From positions 1 to 64,000 of the forward strand of contig MEDY01000087.1 of the NCBI GenBank assembly GCA_001724265.1: a stretch of DNA of 64,000 bases, in the 5' to 3' direction. Source of the DNA: Rhizaria sp. SCN 62-66 (Eukaryota). Shown here piece after piece: positions 21,986 through 33,983 of this stretch. The notes below the pieces were generated by a model. The model worked only from the letters and a program-made list of their open reading frames with translations. It was not told the DNA's origin and made no database searches. The position numbers and the translations under genes were made by a program. The first letter of the stretch is position 1, and the number at the start of each line of letters is the position of its first letter.

Positions 21986-24900
21986 TTAGTCCTTAGCCTT
22001 GTTGGCGTGCTTGAGCAGGTGGAAGTAGTTGTCAAGGCGGCGCGACGTGGCCGAGAGCGCCTTCTTGAGCTCAGCCTTGAACTGGTCGACCGCGGCCTTC
22101 TCGCTGACGTCGAGGCAGAGCTGCTGGCGCATGTAGTCGACGTCGCCCGCGGAGAGCAGCTCGGGCATGCCAGCGGGCACCATGAGCGTGAAGAGGTTCT
22201 CCAACTCGCTCGCGTGTTTGCGCAGACACAGGAACGCGTCGTAGCAGAGGTCCTTGAAGAGCTTGAACTGCTTCGAGGCCTCGTAGTTCTTGCCGCCCAT
22301 CACGAAAGCCATTTCGGGCGTGAACACGAAGGCAGAGCGCTCGCGCTTGAAACCGTACTTGCTCTTAAAGTTGCCGAGGAAGTGGCCGAAGTCGATGTGG
22401 AAGAGGTGGCCGTCCTGCGTGACCATGATGTTGCCGTTGTGGCGGTCTCCGATGCCCATGACGTAGGTCGCTACGCAGTAGCCCGCGCACGAGTACGTGA
22501 AGTTGTTCACAGCCTTGTCAAACTGCTCCTGCGTCGGGTTGTGCAGGCGCAGGTATTGGGCCAGCGGCTCGAGCTTGAACGCGCCGCCGGCGCCTCCGCC
22601 GAACTCCATCTGGATGCCGGCCGTGGTGACGGAGCGCAGCACGACCTCAATCAGACCGCAGCCGCGGCCCGACTGGCCGGGGTTCACGGCCCAGCCGCCC
22701 GCGCCGTGGCCGCCGTGGCCGCCGCCGTCCTCGCCCCCCGCGGCGGCGAGCGCGCCCGCGGGGACGGAGGGCTCGTTGTCGTCGCCAACGCTGTTGCTGT
22801 CCATGAGCATGTTGTTGTTGCTGTACTGGTTGTGATGGTGCGCAGAGATAGGCGCGGCCGAGCCCGCGGAGCCCGTGGCGATGACGCCGTAGGGCGACAG
22901 CCGCAAGTCCATCTTGTTCTGGAGCCAGATCTCGTCCATGACCTTGAGCACCTGCAGCGTGAGGATGTCCTGGCGCAGGTCGTCGCCTGACTTGAACATG
23001 ACGTAGATGGGCGCGGCCGACTCGTCGTTGGCGTTGCGGAACACCAGCCACAGCGGCGCCATCTTGCTGCTCATGATCTTGCACCGCTCGGGGATCAACG
23101 TCGCCGCCTCCACGCGCGGGTTCAACGGGAGCTGGAAGCGGCCACCGGGGAGGCGCGCGAAGAAGTCGCGGTTCAGCGCGTGAAGCTGCTGCTGGTAGAA
23201 GGCCGTGATCTGCTTGTCGCTCATCTTGCCCGCGCTGCGGCGCGTCTGGATCGTCTGGGCGAGCCGGCGCAGCTTGTCCACGGCGACCTGCTGGTAGCGC
23301 AACTGCTCGGCAGCCACGGGACAGAAGGACAGGAAGACCTCGAGGATGCACGCGAAGCGCTCGGCGTAGGGCGGGTCAACCGAGATCTCGTTTTTGAGCG
23401 ACCAGTAGAGGTAGTGACCGACCTGGAAGGGCGCCGCGAGCGCGCGCGTGAGCAAGAAGCGGCTCAGTGGCGAGTCGTGGTACGCCTCGGCCTTGAGGCA
23501 CTGCGTCAGCTGCGGCAAGTACAGCTGCACGTCCGGGTCGGAGAGCACTGCGTCGAGGCAGGCCACGGCGTAGGCGCGCACGTTGTAGTCGGCGAACCGC
23601 GGGCCAAGCAACTGTGAAGTAGGAGCGAATGGAGTTGAAGACGGGCGATCATGAGATTTAATGATACAGATAAGAACATGTTGAGAATAAGTTATGATCA
23701 GAGCAGTTGTTTTGTGACTGGTGAATCGATAGATCGACGTACGGCAAGCGCTTCGGCGGGGACACGGGACTTCTTCCAGACACGGAGTAGGCGGGCCGCG
23801 TCGGCCCTGTGCGGGGCCGAGAACCAGGGCACCGAGAGCATGACCTTGCCCACCATGTGCGGCTTGTCGGTCAGGCACCAGCGCACGGACCACAGCAGCT
23901 GCTTGTCCTTGGGCGTCAAAGAACCCTCCAGAAGAGCATCCTATGACAAATCATGCAGGAATTCAAAAGTAAAGGTTAGATGTGGAACATCAAAGCATGG
24001 GATAATCACATTGGACTAATTGGGACTGTGAGATAATGATATAATATCGTTGCGTAGCCGTACCTGGTGCTCGAGAATCATGAGCTGGGCGCGTTGGTCC
24101 TTATCAAGGTCCTCCAAACGCACACAGAACCCAGCCTGGTAGCTGGACTGTGGCGGCGCCACAAGTTGCGCACCATGACCACCGGCAACAGGCGCAGTGC
24201 CGCTTGTCGACGAACTGCTGCTGTTGCTGTTGCTGCTGCTGGAGCGGAAGGCAGAGAAGAACCCACTGAGGCCGCCGCCACTGGAGCTGCTCGTGGTCGC
24301 GGCGGGGGGCGCGGGGGCCGGGACGGCGGGCGCGGCGGTGGCCGAGTGCGGCGGCGGCGGGGGCGGCGGCAGCGGCATGTCGTCCACCAGCTCGGGCTGC
24401 GGGTGCCGCACGGGGGCCACGAACGAGTCAAAGCTCACCGTGAGGCGCGGCGCGTTGGGCGAACTGAGATTCGGCCGGTTCACGCAGAGCCAAGCGTAAG
24501 AGCAGCGCGAGAGCTCAAGGTTGCGCACGCACAGCGTGCCGGGGCTCACCGTGGCGGCGAACTTGGACGAGGACGAAGACGCCGACGACTGCGAGGACGG
24601 CGCCGGGACCGCGCCCTTGGACACAGACCACTCGAGCGGGACCTGGCCCGCGGCGAGCATGCGCTTGCGCTCCTTCTCGCGTTCCTTGTCCGTCATCGCG
24701 GTCGTGCCGGCGACCATCACGGCCGCCGCAGCCCCGGCGCCGCGCTCCGCCGCAAGAACAGTCTGCCCCGACGCGCCCAGTACCTGCCATACTGACCGGT
24801 CGACGAGCAGCCCGCGGCGGGCGGCGCCGCGCATCGCGCTGCCGACCGTGTTGCTGTTGCTGTTGTACACGGTGGCGCGGCCCGTGGGCACGCCCGAGCT

Positions 24901-27900
24901 GATCGAGACTGAGTCGCGCGAGGACGATGACGCCGTCGACACCACGCTGCCCGGGTAGCGCGTGCTCGACAGCTCGGCCGCGTGCGAGCTGCGCAGACCG
25001 GCGCTGCTGCCGCTCGCCAGCGCGGCACGGCTACCCGCCGTCGCGGCGGCGCCGGCGGCCGCGGCGGCGTTGGCGGCCGCGGCGGCCGAGTTAGCGGCGG
25101 CGATCGCGGCGGCATTGGCAGCTGCCGCGGCGGCGGCGGAGGCCATGGCAGACTGCTCGCTGTCAGGCGGCGTGCACCACAGCGGGAGGTTGTGGGTCGC
25201 GCTGACGAGACAGTCCTCCGAGTCGAAGAGCTGCATGCTGGTCCACGCGAGCACCGTGTCGGGGGCGCCCGCGGTCGCGGCAGACTCGTCCTGCTGCGCG
25301 ACGACGAGGAACACGAGGCGCGCGGCGCGGGGCAGCGACGCCAGGTACACGGGCGAGTAGAGCGTGAAGGCGCCGTTGGGGCCCAGCGCGCTACTGCTGC
25401 TGGTGCCCGACTCGGCGGCGGCGATGGCCGCGGCGGGGGAGAGGTGGCCTGCCCAGCGTGGCGACTGCGCGCAGTCGGTGACCTCGGTAGCCGCCACGGA
25501 CTCGGGCAGCACGTCGGTGCCGTGCGCGATCAGCGAGGCCACGTACAGGCGAGTCAGATTAGGGTTGGTGAGGCGCGGCACGGCGGCGTCGACGAGCCCG
25601 TCGATGCCGAGCACGCGCAGGCGGAAGGGCGTCGCGGCCAGGCGCGTCAGCGGCAGGAACGGCGGGATCGGGTCGATGCGGGTGCTCACCGCGCCCAGGG
25701 TTGCCACAGCGGCAGCAGCGGCGTCGGCGAGGCTCGTGGAGCTGCCGCCGATGAAACTGCCGCGCGCGCCGCCGAGGACGGGCGAGCCGCGGGTGGTGGA
25801 CGAGCCGGTGCCCGCCGCGGCGACGGTCGCAGCGGAGGTGGGCAGCGCGGGCGCCGGGGGGTCGGCGGGCAGCGGGGCCAGCCCGGGCGGCAGGCAGATC
25901 GAGTCCATGAGGAAGCTGATGGAACACAGGTTGCCCGTGGGCCAGCCGCCGAGGTTGACGCCGGCCGCCGCGGCGGCGCTGGCGGTGGCGCTCGAGGGCA
26001 CGAGCGCGGTCGCGGCGGCGCCGGCGAGGTTGAGGCTGCCGGCGCGCGGGCCCGGGCTGCCCAGCGCGGGCAACGCGCCGATGCCGGTGCCGCTGCCGGC
26101 GGTGCTGTTGGAGGCGGCGGCGAGAGTGGCGACCGTGAGCATGTGCACCGTGGTCTCGTCAGGGCGCAGTGGGCCAGAGGGGTAGCCGCTGGGGCTGGCC
26201 ACACTGCTGCTGCTGCTGCTGCTGCTCACGGTCAGTTGCTGAGACAGGAGCGACGCAACCGGCGCGGCGCCGCTGCCGCTGGAGGGGACGTCGTTGAGCG
26301 ACGCAGAGTGGGGGAGGTCCGGCTTTCTAGTCGAGCCAGCAGCGCTGTAGTCGCCGGCGGAGCTGTTGGTGTTGCTCGAGTCGCCGAGGGGCGCGAACAG
26401 CGAGCGCATGCTGCTGCCCGAGCTTGCGCTGCCGCTGCCGGCGCCAACGGTGCTGTAGCCGCCAAACGGGAGTCCGCCGCCGGCGCCGAGCCCGCCGAGC
26501 GCGGCGAGCCCGAGCAGCGGCCCGCTGCCGCGGCGGGTTAGCGTGCCCATGCCGCCCAGCGTCGGCGTGTAGAGCGCGGGCACCGAACACGACGAGACCG
26601 CCTGCGGGTGCAGCGCGCGCGCGCGGCCGGCGGCGACGAGCGCGGCGAGCACGGGCAGCGGCCCGCCGATGGGCACGCCCGCCGCGGTCGTCACCACGCT
26701 GTCGCCGCCCGGGGTCGCGCCGCCGGCCGCACCAGCAGCGGCGCCGCCCGGAGTGCCCGCGCCGGCCCCGCCTGCGAGCGAAGCGCCGGTGAGCAAGGGC
26801 GAGCCGTCGGCGGCGCTGGTGCCCGCGGCGGCGGCGGCGTCGATCTCGTGCAGGATCGAGTAGCGGAACATGCCGGAGCCGGCCGCAACGCGCGGCATCG
26901 ACAGCCGGCGCGAGCCGTCCTGGGGCGTATACCCCGCGGCAGACAGACTACTGGAGGTGCTCTGCGGGACGGGCGGCGACATTGGCGGCAGACCGGCGGC
27001 TGTGGACGCGCTGTCGGTGCCTGCAGCAGCCGCCGCCGCGGTCTGTGCTCTGGACGCCGCGATGAGCGCGGGGGCAACGGTAAGCACTTCGTTCTCGTCG
27101 TCGTCATCGTTCTCATCATCGGCGGCGTCCTTCTTAGCAGCAGAACCGGCAGCGGGGGCAGATGCGTCCTTGCTGTCCTTGGCGGGGGCCGCCGCGGGCA
27201 TCGCGCCCGACGCGGGCGCGAACGGGGACGCAGCCGCAGCCGCAACAGTGCCTGCGCTGGCCTTCTGTCTAGCCGCAGCGGCGGCGGCGGCGGCGGCGGC
27301 GGTGGGCGTGTCATCCGGCGACGCGTCATAACGCAGGAGCATCGCCGGAGATGCCAGTGGCGAGCCGCCCGCAACGTCGACGTTGACGTCGCTGACCCCG
27401 CCGGCAGCAGCGCCAGCACTCGCAGCAGCGTTGCCGTTGGCGCTTGCGTTCGCGGGGGGCGCGGAGAGCTGCGTGTGGTGCGTCGGCGGCGGCGGCGCGA
27501 GAGAGTCAGTACTGAGCACGCGGGAACCCATGGTCCGGTCGCCGTCGTCGCTGACGCTGCTGGTGCCGCCCGCGAGCCTGTTGTGGGGCGTCGAGGCCGT
27601 CGACGCTGGGTACGACCCCGTGACCGTGACAGCGCCGGCGACGCCTTCAGGGCCGACGACCGTGGGCGGCAGGTGCGCCATCGACACTCCACTGACGCCG
27701 ACGCCAGCGCTCGAGCCAGCAGAAGAGTTTCTGTTGCTCCCGTCCTCGCCTTCGTCGTCAGCCTCGGTGAGCGGGCACAGGCCCGTCGCACTGGCGTCTA
27801 CACCGTGTCCGTCGAGCGCGCCCGTGTGCGAGCGCGCGGTCGAGAGCGGCGTGGTCACGGCCGAGCTGTGTCCAGAGCCCGCAGCCGAGGCCAGCACGGT

Positions 27901-30900
27901 CGGCGACGGCAGCGAGAGCCCCGACTCGGAGGCCATGGGGCGCAGGCACGACGGCGTGATGACCGCACTCGTGCCCGCGCTGGCGCCCGCGCTCGCGGTG
28001 CTCTCCGTGTCGCTCGAGTCGCCAGCGCCCCCGCCGCCGCCGGCGAGCATGTGCGCCGTCGCGGCGGCCGCGGCGGCGGCCGAGGCGGCCTGGGTGACCG
28101 TAGCGCGGTGGCGCGGCTTGCCGCCGCTGCTGAAACTGCCACTGCTGCCACGGGCGGCGCCGCTGGCGGAGCCGACCGTGGGCGTAGGGGCCTGGCTCGG
28201 GAAGTGACCGTGAGCGCCGGACGCTGCCGACGGGCTGTTGGGGTCGAAAAAGACCCGCGAGCCCGTGCGCTGGTGCTGCTTACTCAAGGTGCTGGCACTG
28301 TCAGCAGCGGCGACGGCGTCGCCAGTGGCGGCGGCCACGGGACTGGGGCCGTTGCCGTGGACGCCAACCGTGTTGATGGGCAGCGTGATCGGCGTCGGCG
28401 GCGTCGCGAAGATGGCGTCAGCGGCGCCGATGGCGGCGACGACGGCGGCCTCGGAGGCGGCAGCGGCCGCGGCCACGGCGGCCGCAGTCGTGGGCGTCGT
28501 CGTCACAGTATTTGTCGCACCGTTGCCGTTGGCGGTGCCGGCGACGGCGGGGTTAGACGCGGAGGCGGCGCGAGAGGGCGTGCCCACGGTCAGTCCGCCC
28601 GTGGTGGGCGACCGGAGCGAGCCGAAGCCGTGCGCGCCGGGCCCTCCGGGGAGGCCGTGGGCGGCGCCGGGGCCCACCGAGGCGCGCGACGACGCCAGCG
28701 GGGAGCGCAGCATCGCCATCTTGGCCAGCGAGGGACTACGGTCCGCGCGGCTCGTCAGCGGGGGCGTCGCCGCCGCGGCCGCGGACCCCGCGCCCGTACT
28801 ATGGGCGAGACGGGGGGACGTCAGCTGACCCTGCGCGGCGCCGGCGGTGGTCGCGACGCGGACGCCGGGGGCCGTGGCGGCGACGCCGGCCGCGGGGCTC
28901 AGCAGCGCTGCAGGGTTGGCGGCGCTGAAGCCGGCGGCTGCGGGGTTGTTGACGTCGAGCTCGTAGCCAACCATGGGGCGCAGGGAGAATAGCTGCGCCG
29001 TCGCGGCGTCGGCGGCGCTCACGGTCCCATTCGCACTGGCACCGGCGCTGGCGCTGGCACTGGCGTCTGTGCTGCCGTCAGCGCTGGCGTTGGCCTTGGC
29101 AGCCGCGTTGCCGGTGTTGTTGTTCGTAGCGGAGAGCGGTGCGGAGGAGTTGCTGTCGGGCGACACGATGCTGAAGGTGTGTTCCTTGGTGTTAATGGTG
29201 AGCACGCGCGAAGCCGGCGCAAACAGCGAGCGCGGGGAAGCGGCCGCGGACGCGGCCGCGGACGCGGCGGCCGAGGCAGAGGTCGAGGACTCGCCAGTCG
29301 CCGCAGAGGCAGCAGTGCTGATGCCGGTGGCCGCGCCGGCCGGGATGGGGATGTTGCTCGACGGGACCGGAGTCGACTCAGTGGCGGCCGCGGAGGCAGG
29401 GGCGGCTACAGAGACGGGGAGAGTGGACGGAGCGGAGGAGGAAGGGGTTGCGTCGATCGGGGCCACCGCTGCGCCATGGGCGGGCTGCGGGGCGAAGCCA
29501 GGCGTGCTCGCGCTCGCGTTCGCACTCGCGTCCGCCGAGCTTGAGCTGGCGCTGGCGCTTGTGTTGGCGTTAGCGACGGCGGTGTGGACGTAGTCGGCGG
29601 GGGCGGGTTCGGTCATGACCACGAGCTCCTCAATGCCGACGCCGCCGCCGCAACGCATGAGGTAGTCGGCGCGGCACTCGGCGCCCAGCGCGTCGACGCG
29701 GGCCTTGTCGCGCGCGTCAAGCGGCGTGCGCGGCAACAGGATCACCGGCAGCGGCCGGCCGTGGCGCAGCGCGTCGCGCGCGCACTGGAACAGAAAGAAG
29801 CAGCAATGGCCGTAGAGGCACTCGGCGAGGCCCTGCGCGCGGAGGATGTATGTGTTCGGGTCCGTGCCGGGAGGCAGGTACCGCGACACGAGGCCGCGAA
29901 TCACGCCCTGTGGATGTCGTAGAAACAAAAAACGGAGTCAACATGCAGAGAACGATACATCAGGATAAGAATATGATTTTGAAATAAAGCATTTAAGTAA
30001 AAAGTTCGGCCAAGTTTTGCATTGATTGGTGGATGAATACGGCATTACAGATGACGTGTCAAGAAAAAGAATGCGTACCTCTGCGGTGTCGCCCTCACTT
30101 ACGGCGATCGTGGTCTGGGACTTTGCCGAGAAGGCGGCGGGGAGCGCGACGGTGAGCAGCAGCGACGTGGCTCCCGGCGGCAGCGGCGGCGCCGTGGTGA
30201 TATAGAGCGGGTACTGCGCGTGCTCAGCCGCGGCGACCTGTAGCGCCGTCGTGGGCTCCAGCTCGAGTGCGGCGCGGCGGAACTGGCGCACGGTCGCGTT
30301 GTCAAAGTTCCAGTAGACGGTGTTGAGGTTGAGCAGCGAGAGCACGGGGGAACGCTCGCCGAGCCCCATGGACTCAAAGTCGTCCTTGATGTTCTTGATC
30401 ACCGTGTCGATGTCGTCCAGGATCGAGTGCAGCCCGTCAGCGACGGCCGAGCTAAGCCGCGCCTCGCGAGCCACCATCTGGGAGATCTCGTCGTGGAAGG
30501 AGAAGAGCCGGCTCGCCACGCGGCGCATAAACTCGACCGTCTGATACGACTCGGCGTGCTCGGAGACGTCCAGCAGCTCGTCCTGGCCCTGAGGCTGCGG
30601 CTGCGGCTGCGAGTAGGCGCCCTGCTGCTGTTGCTGCTGCTGCTGTTGCTGCTGGAGGGCGGCTGCGGCGGCCGCCGCGGCGGGCGGCGGCGGCGGGCGC
30701 CCGTGGTTGCTCACCATCGCGCTGCCGCGGCGGCCCGAGTTGAGCGCGGCGGCGGCCGCGGCGGCGTTGGCGTTGGCGGCGGCGATCGACACGGCCGCGG
30801 CGGCCACGCCGGAGCGCGGGGGCGATGACCCCGCACCGTGACTCGCGCCGTGGCTGCCTCCGGCACCGTAGTGGGAGCCGGCGGCGGCGGCGTTGCCGGT

Positions 30901-31902
30901 CATGCGGGGCGGCGGCGGCGGCAGGATCGTGCCGCGGGGCGCGCTCGCGGTCGGCACCAGCAGACTCGCGGCACTGCCGCCAACGCCAGCGTGGCTGTGC
31001 CCGCTGTGTGTCGTGTGTGTGGAGAGCAGCGGCGGCGGCGGCGGCACAGCCCCAGGCTGGCTGGCGCTGCCGCGGCGGCTGAGCGCCTCGGGCGGCGGCG
31101 GCGGCGGCAGGGAGCCGCGGCGGCCGACCGCGCCAGCGACGGAGCTGGCGGTCACTGCGGCGGGGTTCGCGCTGGCACTGTGAGTGTTGTCGGGGACGAT
31201 GATGGACACAGAGCCCATGATGCCGACGCTGGCGTGCGGCTCCGCAGCGGCGCCGCCGGTCTTGGTGGCAACGGCCGATGGCAGCGGCGGCGGTGGCGGG
31301 TGCGTGTGGCCCTGCGCCGCCGCGCCGGAGCCAGCGGCAGAGCCAGCAGCGGCGGCGGCGGCGAGGGCGGCCTCGGCCACGGCGGGCGGCGGCGGCGGCG
31401 GGGGCTTGTAAGCGCCGCCGGCAACAGTGGCAAACTGCGGCGGCAGCGGCGGGGGTCCCGATGAGCCCACTCTGCGGACGGTGGACATATCGACGGCGCC
31501 AGCAGAGGCACTTCCACTGACACTGGAGTCAGCGGGTGTGGCGCCGCCCACAACGTAGCTGGTGCTCGGGACAATCGACACCGCGTCTGCGGGGTCGGCC
31601 TGCTCGTCGAGCTCCTTCCACGCCGAGAGCTGCGCCGCGGCGTTGGTGCGAATCGAGCTGATCACGGTGGCAGCGTCACTGGACTGCACGCTCGTGCGCC
31701 GGACGGAGGAGGCCGCGGCGGTGAGCGTCAGCGAGTCGTTCACGCCCGTACTGTCGTCCAACGACGCGCCAAGCAGCAGCGCAAGGTCGGCCTCGGTCGG
31801 GCCGGCGGGGGCGCCGGGGCTCGCAGAGCTGCCGCCTTCGTTAGCACCCTTGTTGTGGGGAGCTGACGAATCTGCGGACGTAGACTTAGAGGGAGACGAC
31901 AT
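21986..31902 (-). CDS. Phosphatidylinositol 3-kinase catalytic subunit, class I-type architecture (RBD-C2-helical-kinase), ~3163 aa; exons 31902-30079, 29907-24064, 23940-23743, 23611-21986
   Basis: Kinase motifs CKIMSSKMAPLWL, FKSGDDLRQDILTLQ, SCAGYCVATYVMGIGDRHNGNIM, LFHIDFGHFLGN, RERSAFVFT; helical domain LYLPQLTQCLKAE; C2 motif VYLASLPRAARLVF; RBD-like YILRAQGLAECLYG. Three phase-0 GTACG..AG introns; ends TAA. Confidence 0.93.
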
Positions 31903-33983
31903 CACGAGGATTCGCAGCAATTACAGTCACGTAACAACGTGGTGTGTGCAAGCAGTTGTGTGTTAGAGCGAGACAGACTGTTGGGAGCGGTGGAACGCTT
32001 GGCAAAGTGAATGGGGCGCAACGGCCGCGTGCGTGCCTTGGCTTGGTGCAAGAGAGGGTGCCTAGACGGCAGAAAAAGAGGTAACGGGACACACAACTGT
32101 TATGAATAGATATTAAGGTATAAATTAATGACGAATAACGCAAACATATATGTCCACAAAGAGGCTAACAAGTACAGCAACATGACTCCAAAGTCGGAGC
32201 GAGGCATGCGCCTCTCGTCACCGAGTCGACGTATGAGGTCAAATAGCATAGGATGCTGATAGATTTGAGAAGTGAAAGTTTATAAAGATAGTGCACAATG
32301 TGCGTTTCTACTACGAAAGTGCATTGAATTTCAATCTTGCGGACGTGTGGCGTGTTTCTACAGCGGAATAATTCAAACATCGGCTGCTCACAGTCACAAT
32401 CTGGTCACCAACGGCAGGCGGGTCTGTTCATGTCGTGTTAGTCTGCATTTCACCATACTGTACTAGTATGAGAGGTTACTACACTCCAATCGGGAAACAA
32501 TCGCGTTTACTTTATTGTAATCTCTGTGGATTTTTTTATTGAACGCTTAATGCTCGACCTTTTTACTCAAAATCTCTCAAAAACGATGACTGAACATGGA
32601 GTTACTCGTAGTGCACTCGTGCCCGCGCTTCCCGTAGCTCAAGCGATCTCATCCGATGTTGCCGCGACAGTGGCTCTCTGTGTCGCGTGACATTAAGCGC
32701 TGTGCACCAGGCGCATCGAGACATACAATCGCGTAATGACGCGGCAAAGGTGAAGCGACATCGAGCGAAGCATCGACGCGCTGCGCTGTAAGAGATGAAT
32801 AGTGTCTAATGATACGTAATACGTACGTACGTACGTCTATGTGATGAGGAGCAATAGCATTTTAATTGGTGTCATTTTGTCCTGATGTTTGCGCGCTCAT
32901 GTGAACAAAATGAAGCATCTTGCTCCCGTTCTTAATGTCCCTGATCATGCTATTCTGATCACTATTGCCATCCTGCAACAGAACGTCATGCATCAAATAA
33001 AGAAACAACGATGACCATAACCTCAACCCAAGAATTCAGCTTCAGCTTCTCTTTCAATACGCGCATGAGCTACTTTGTCTATCTTCCCAGTATGAGAGTG
33101 GTTCATCGCGATGCGAACCGCACCATCAGAATAGTAAACGACGTAGAAGTCAGGGTCTGGATGAGAATGGCTCCTTGGGTCAAACCGATGCAAAAAACGC
33201 GCGTGAACACCAAACTTGGAACGAAGTTTAAACAAAGTGTCAGCAACCAACTCATAAGGCGGGTCGTCAGGGCCAATAAGTGCGGTCTTTTGTCGGACAA
33301 TAAAATAGCGTAAGATAGCGCCCGCTGTAGTGTGATGCTTACTTAAAGCTCAACGTATGATATGATCCATATCTGCTCTCATACGTACTGTTATTAAAAA
33401 CAGTAGGAAGATAGATACTGATAGATGCTCCATGATCAGTGCTACTAATGCAATCAACGCACCTGCCGTGTTCGGCCTTGCTTGTTGCTGGCATTCGCCA
33501 ACATGACAGATATCTGTCTAAACGTGATAATATGAACATAACATGACAAATAACAATGGTCGTGTAATTATGAATGGAAAACAAAGGAGATTGGTGCGCG
33601 GTGCAGACTCGTCCCGCTCAAGCTTTGAAGCGTCAGCGAAAGGGAGGAAACACTGTACAGAGAGCGAAATAGAATGTCAATACATGCCATGCAGATTATA
33701 TTAGTGTAACAGCACGAGATATTCATCCAAAAGCACCAATGTCCTCAAATTCCCCGTGATTGTGCCCAGTCAAAAACGCCATGTGTCGCCTGCTAACTGG
33801 GCTAAGTGCCACAAGAAGCATGACCGAAAGAATACGCGTGCAGAGCTGTGTGCTGATCGTCAATAGGAGAGCTAGAACAACATCGTGTATCGTTAAAGCA
33901 AACTCAATCGTTCTCCAAATTATATATCTTACAGAGTCCACGTTCATGCGGGAATGCGGTTGTTGTGAGTGGTGCTTTGACTG

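Noticed and set aside
462-31902. PIPK-like, MORN and PI3K genes as a functional phosphoinositide gene cluster
   Set aside because: They are interspersed with unrelated housekeeping genes; nothing beyond proximity supports co-regulation.
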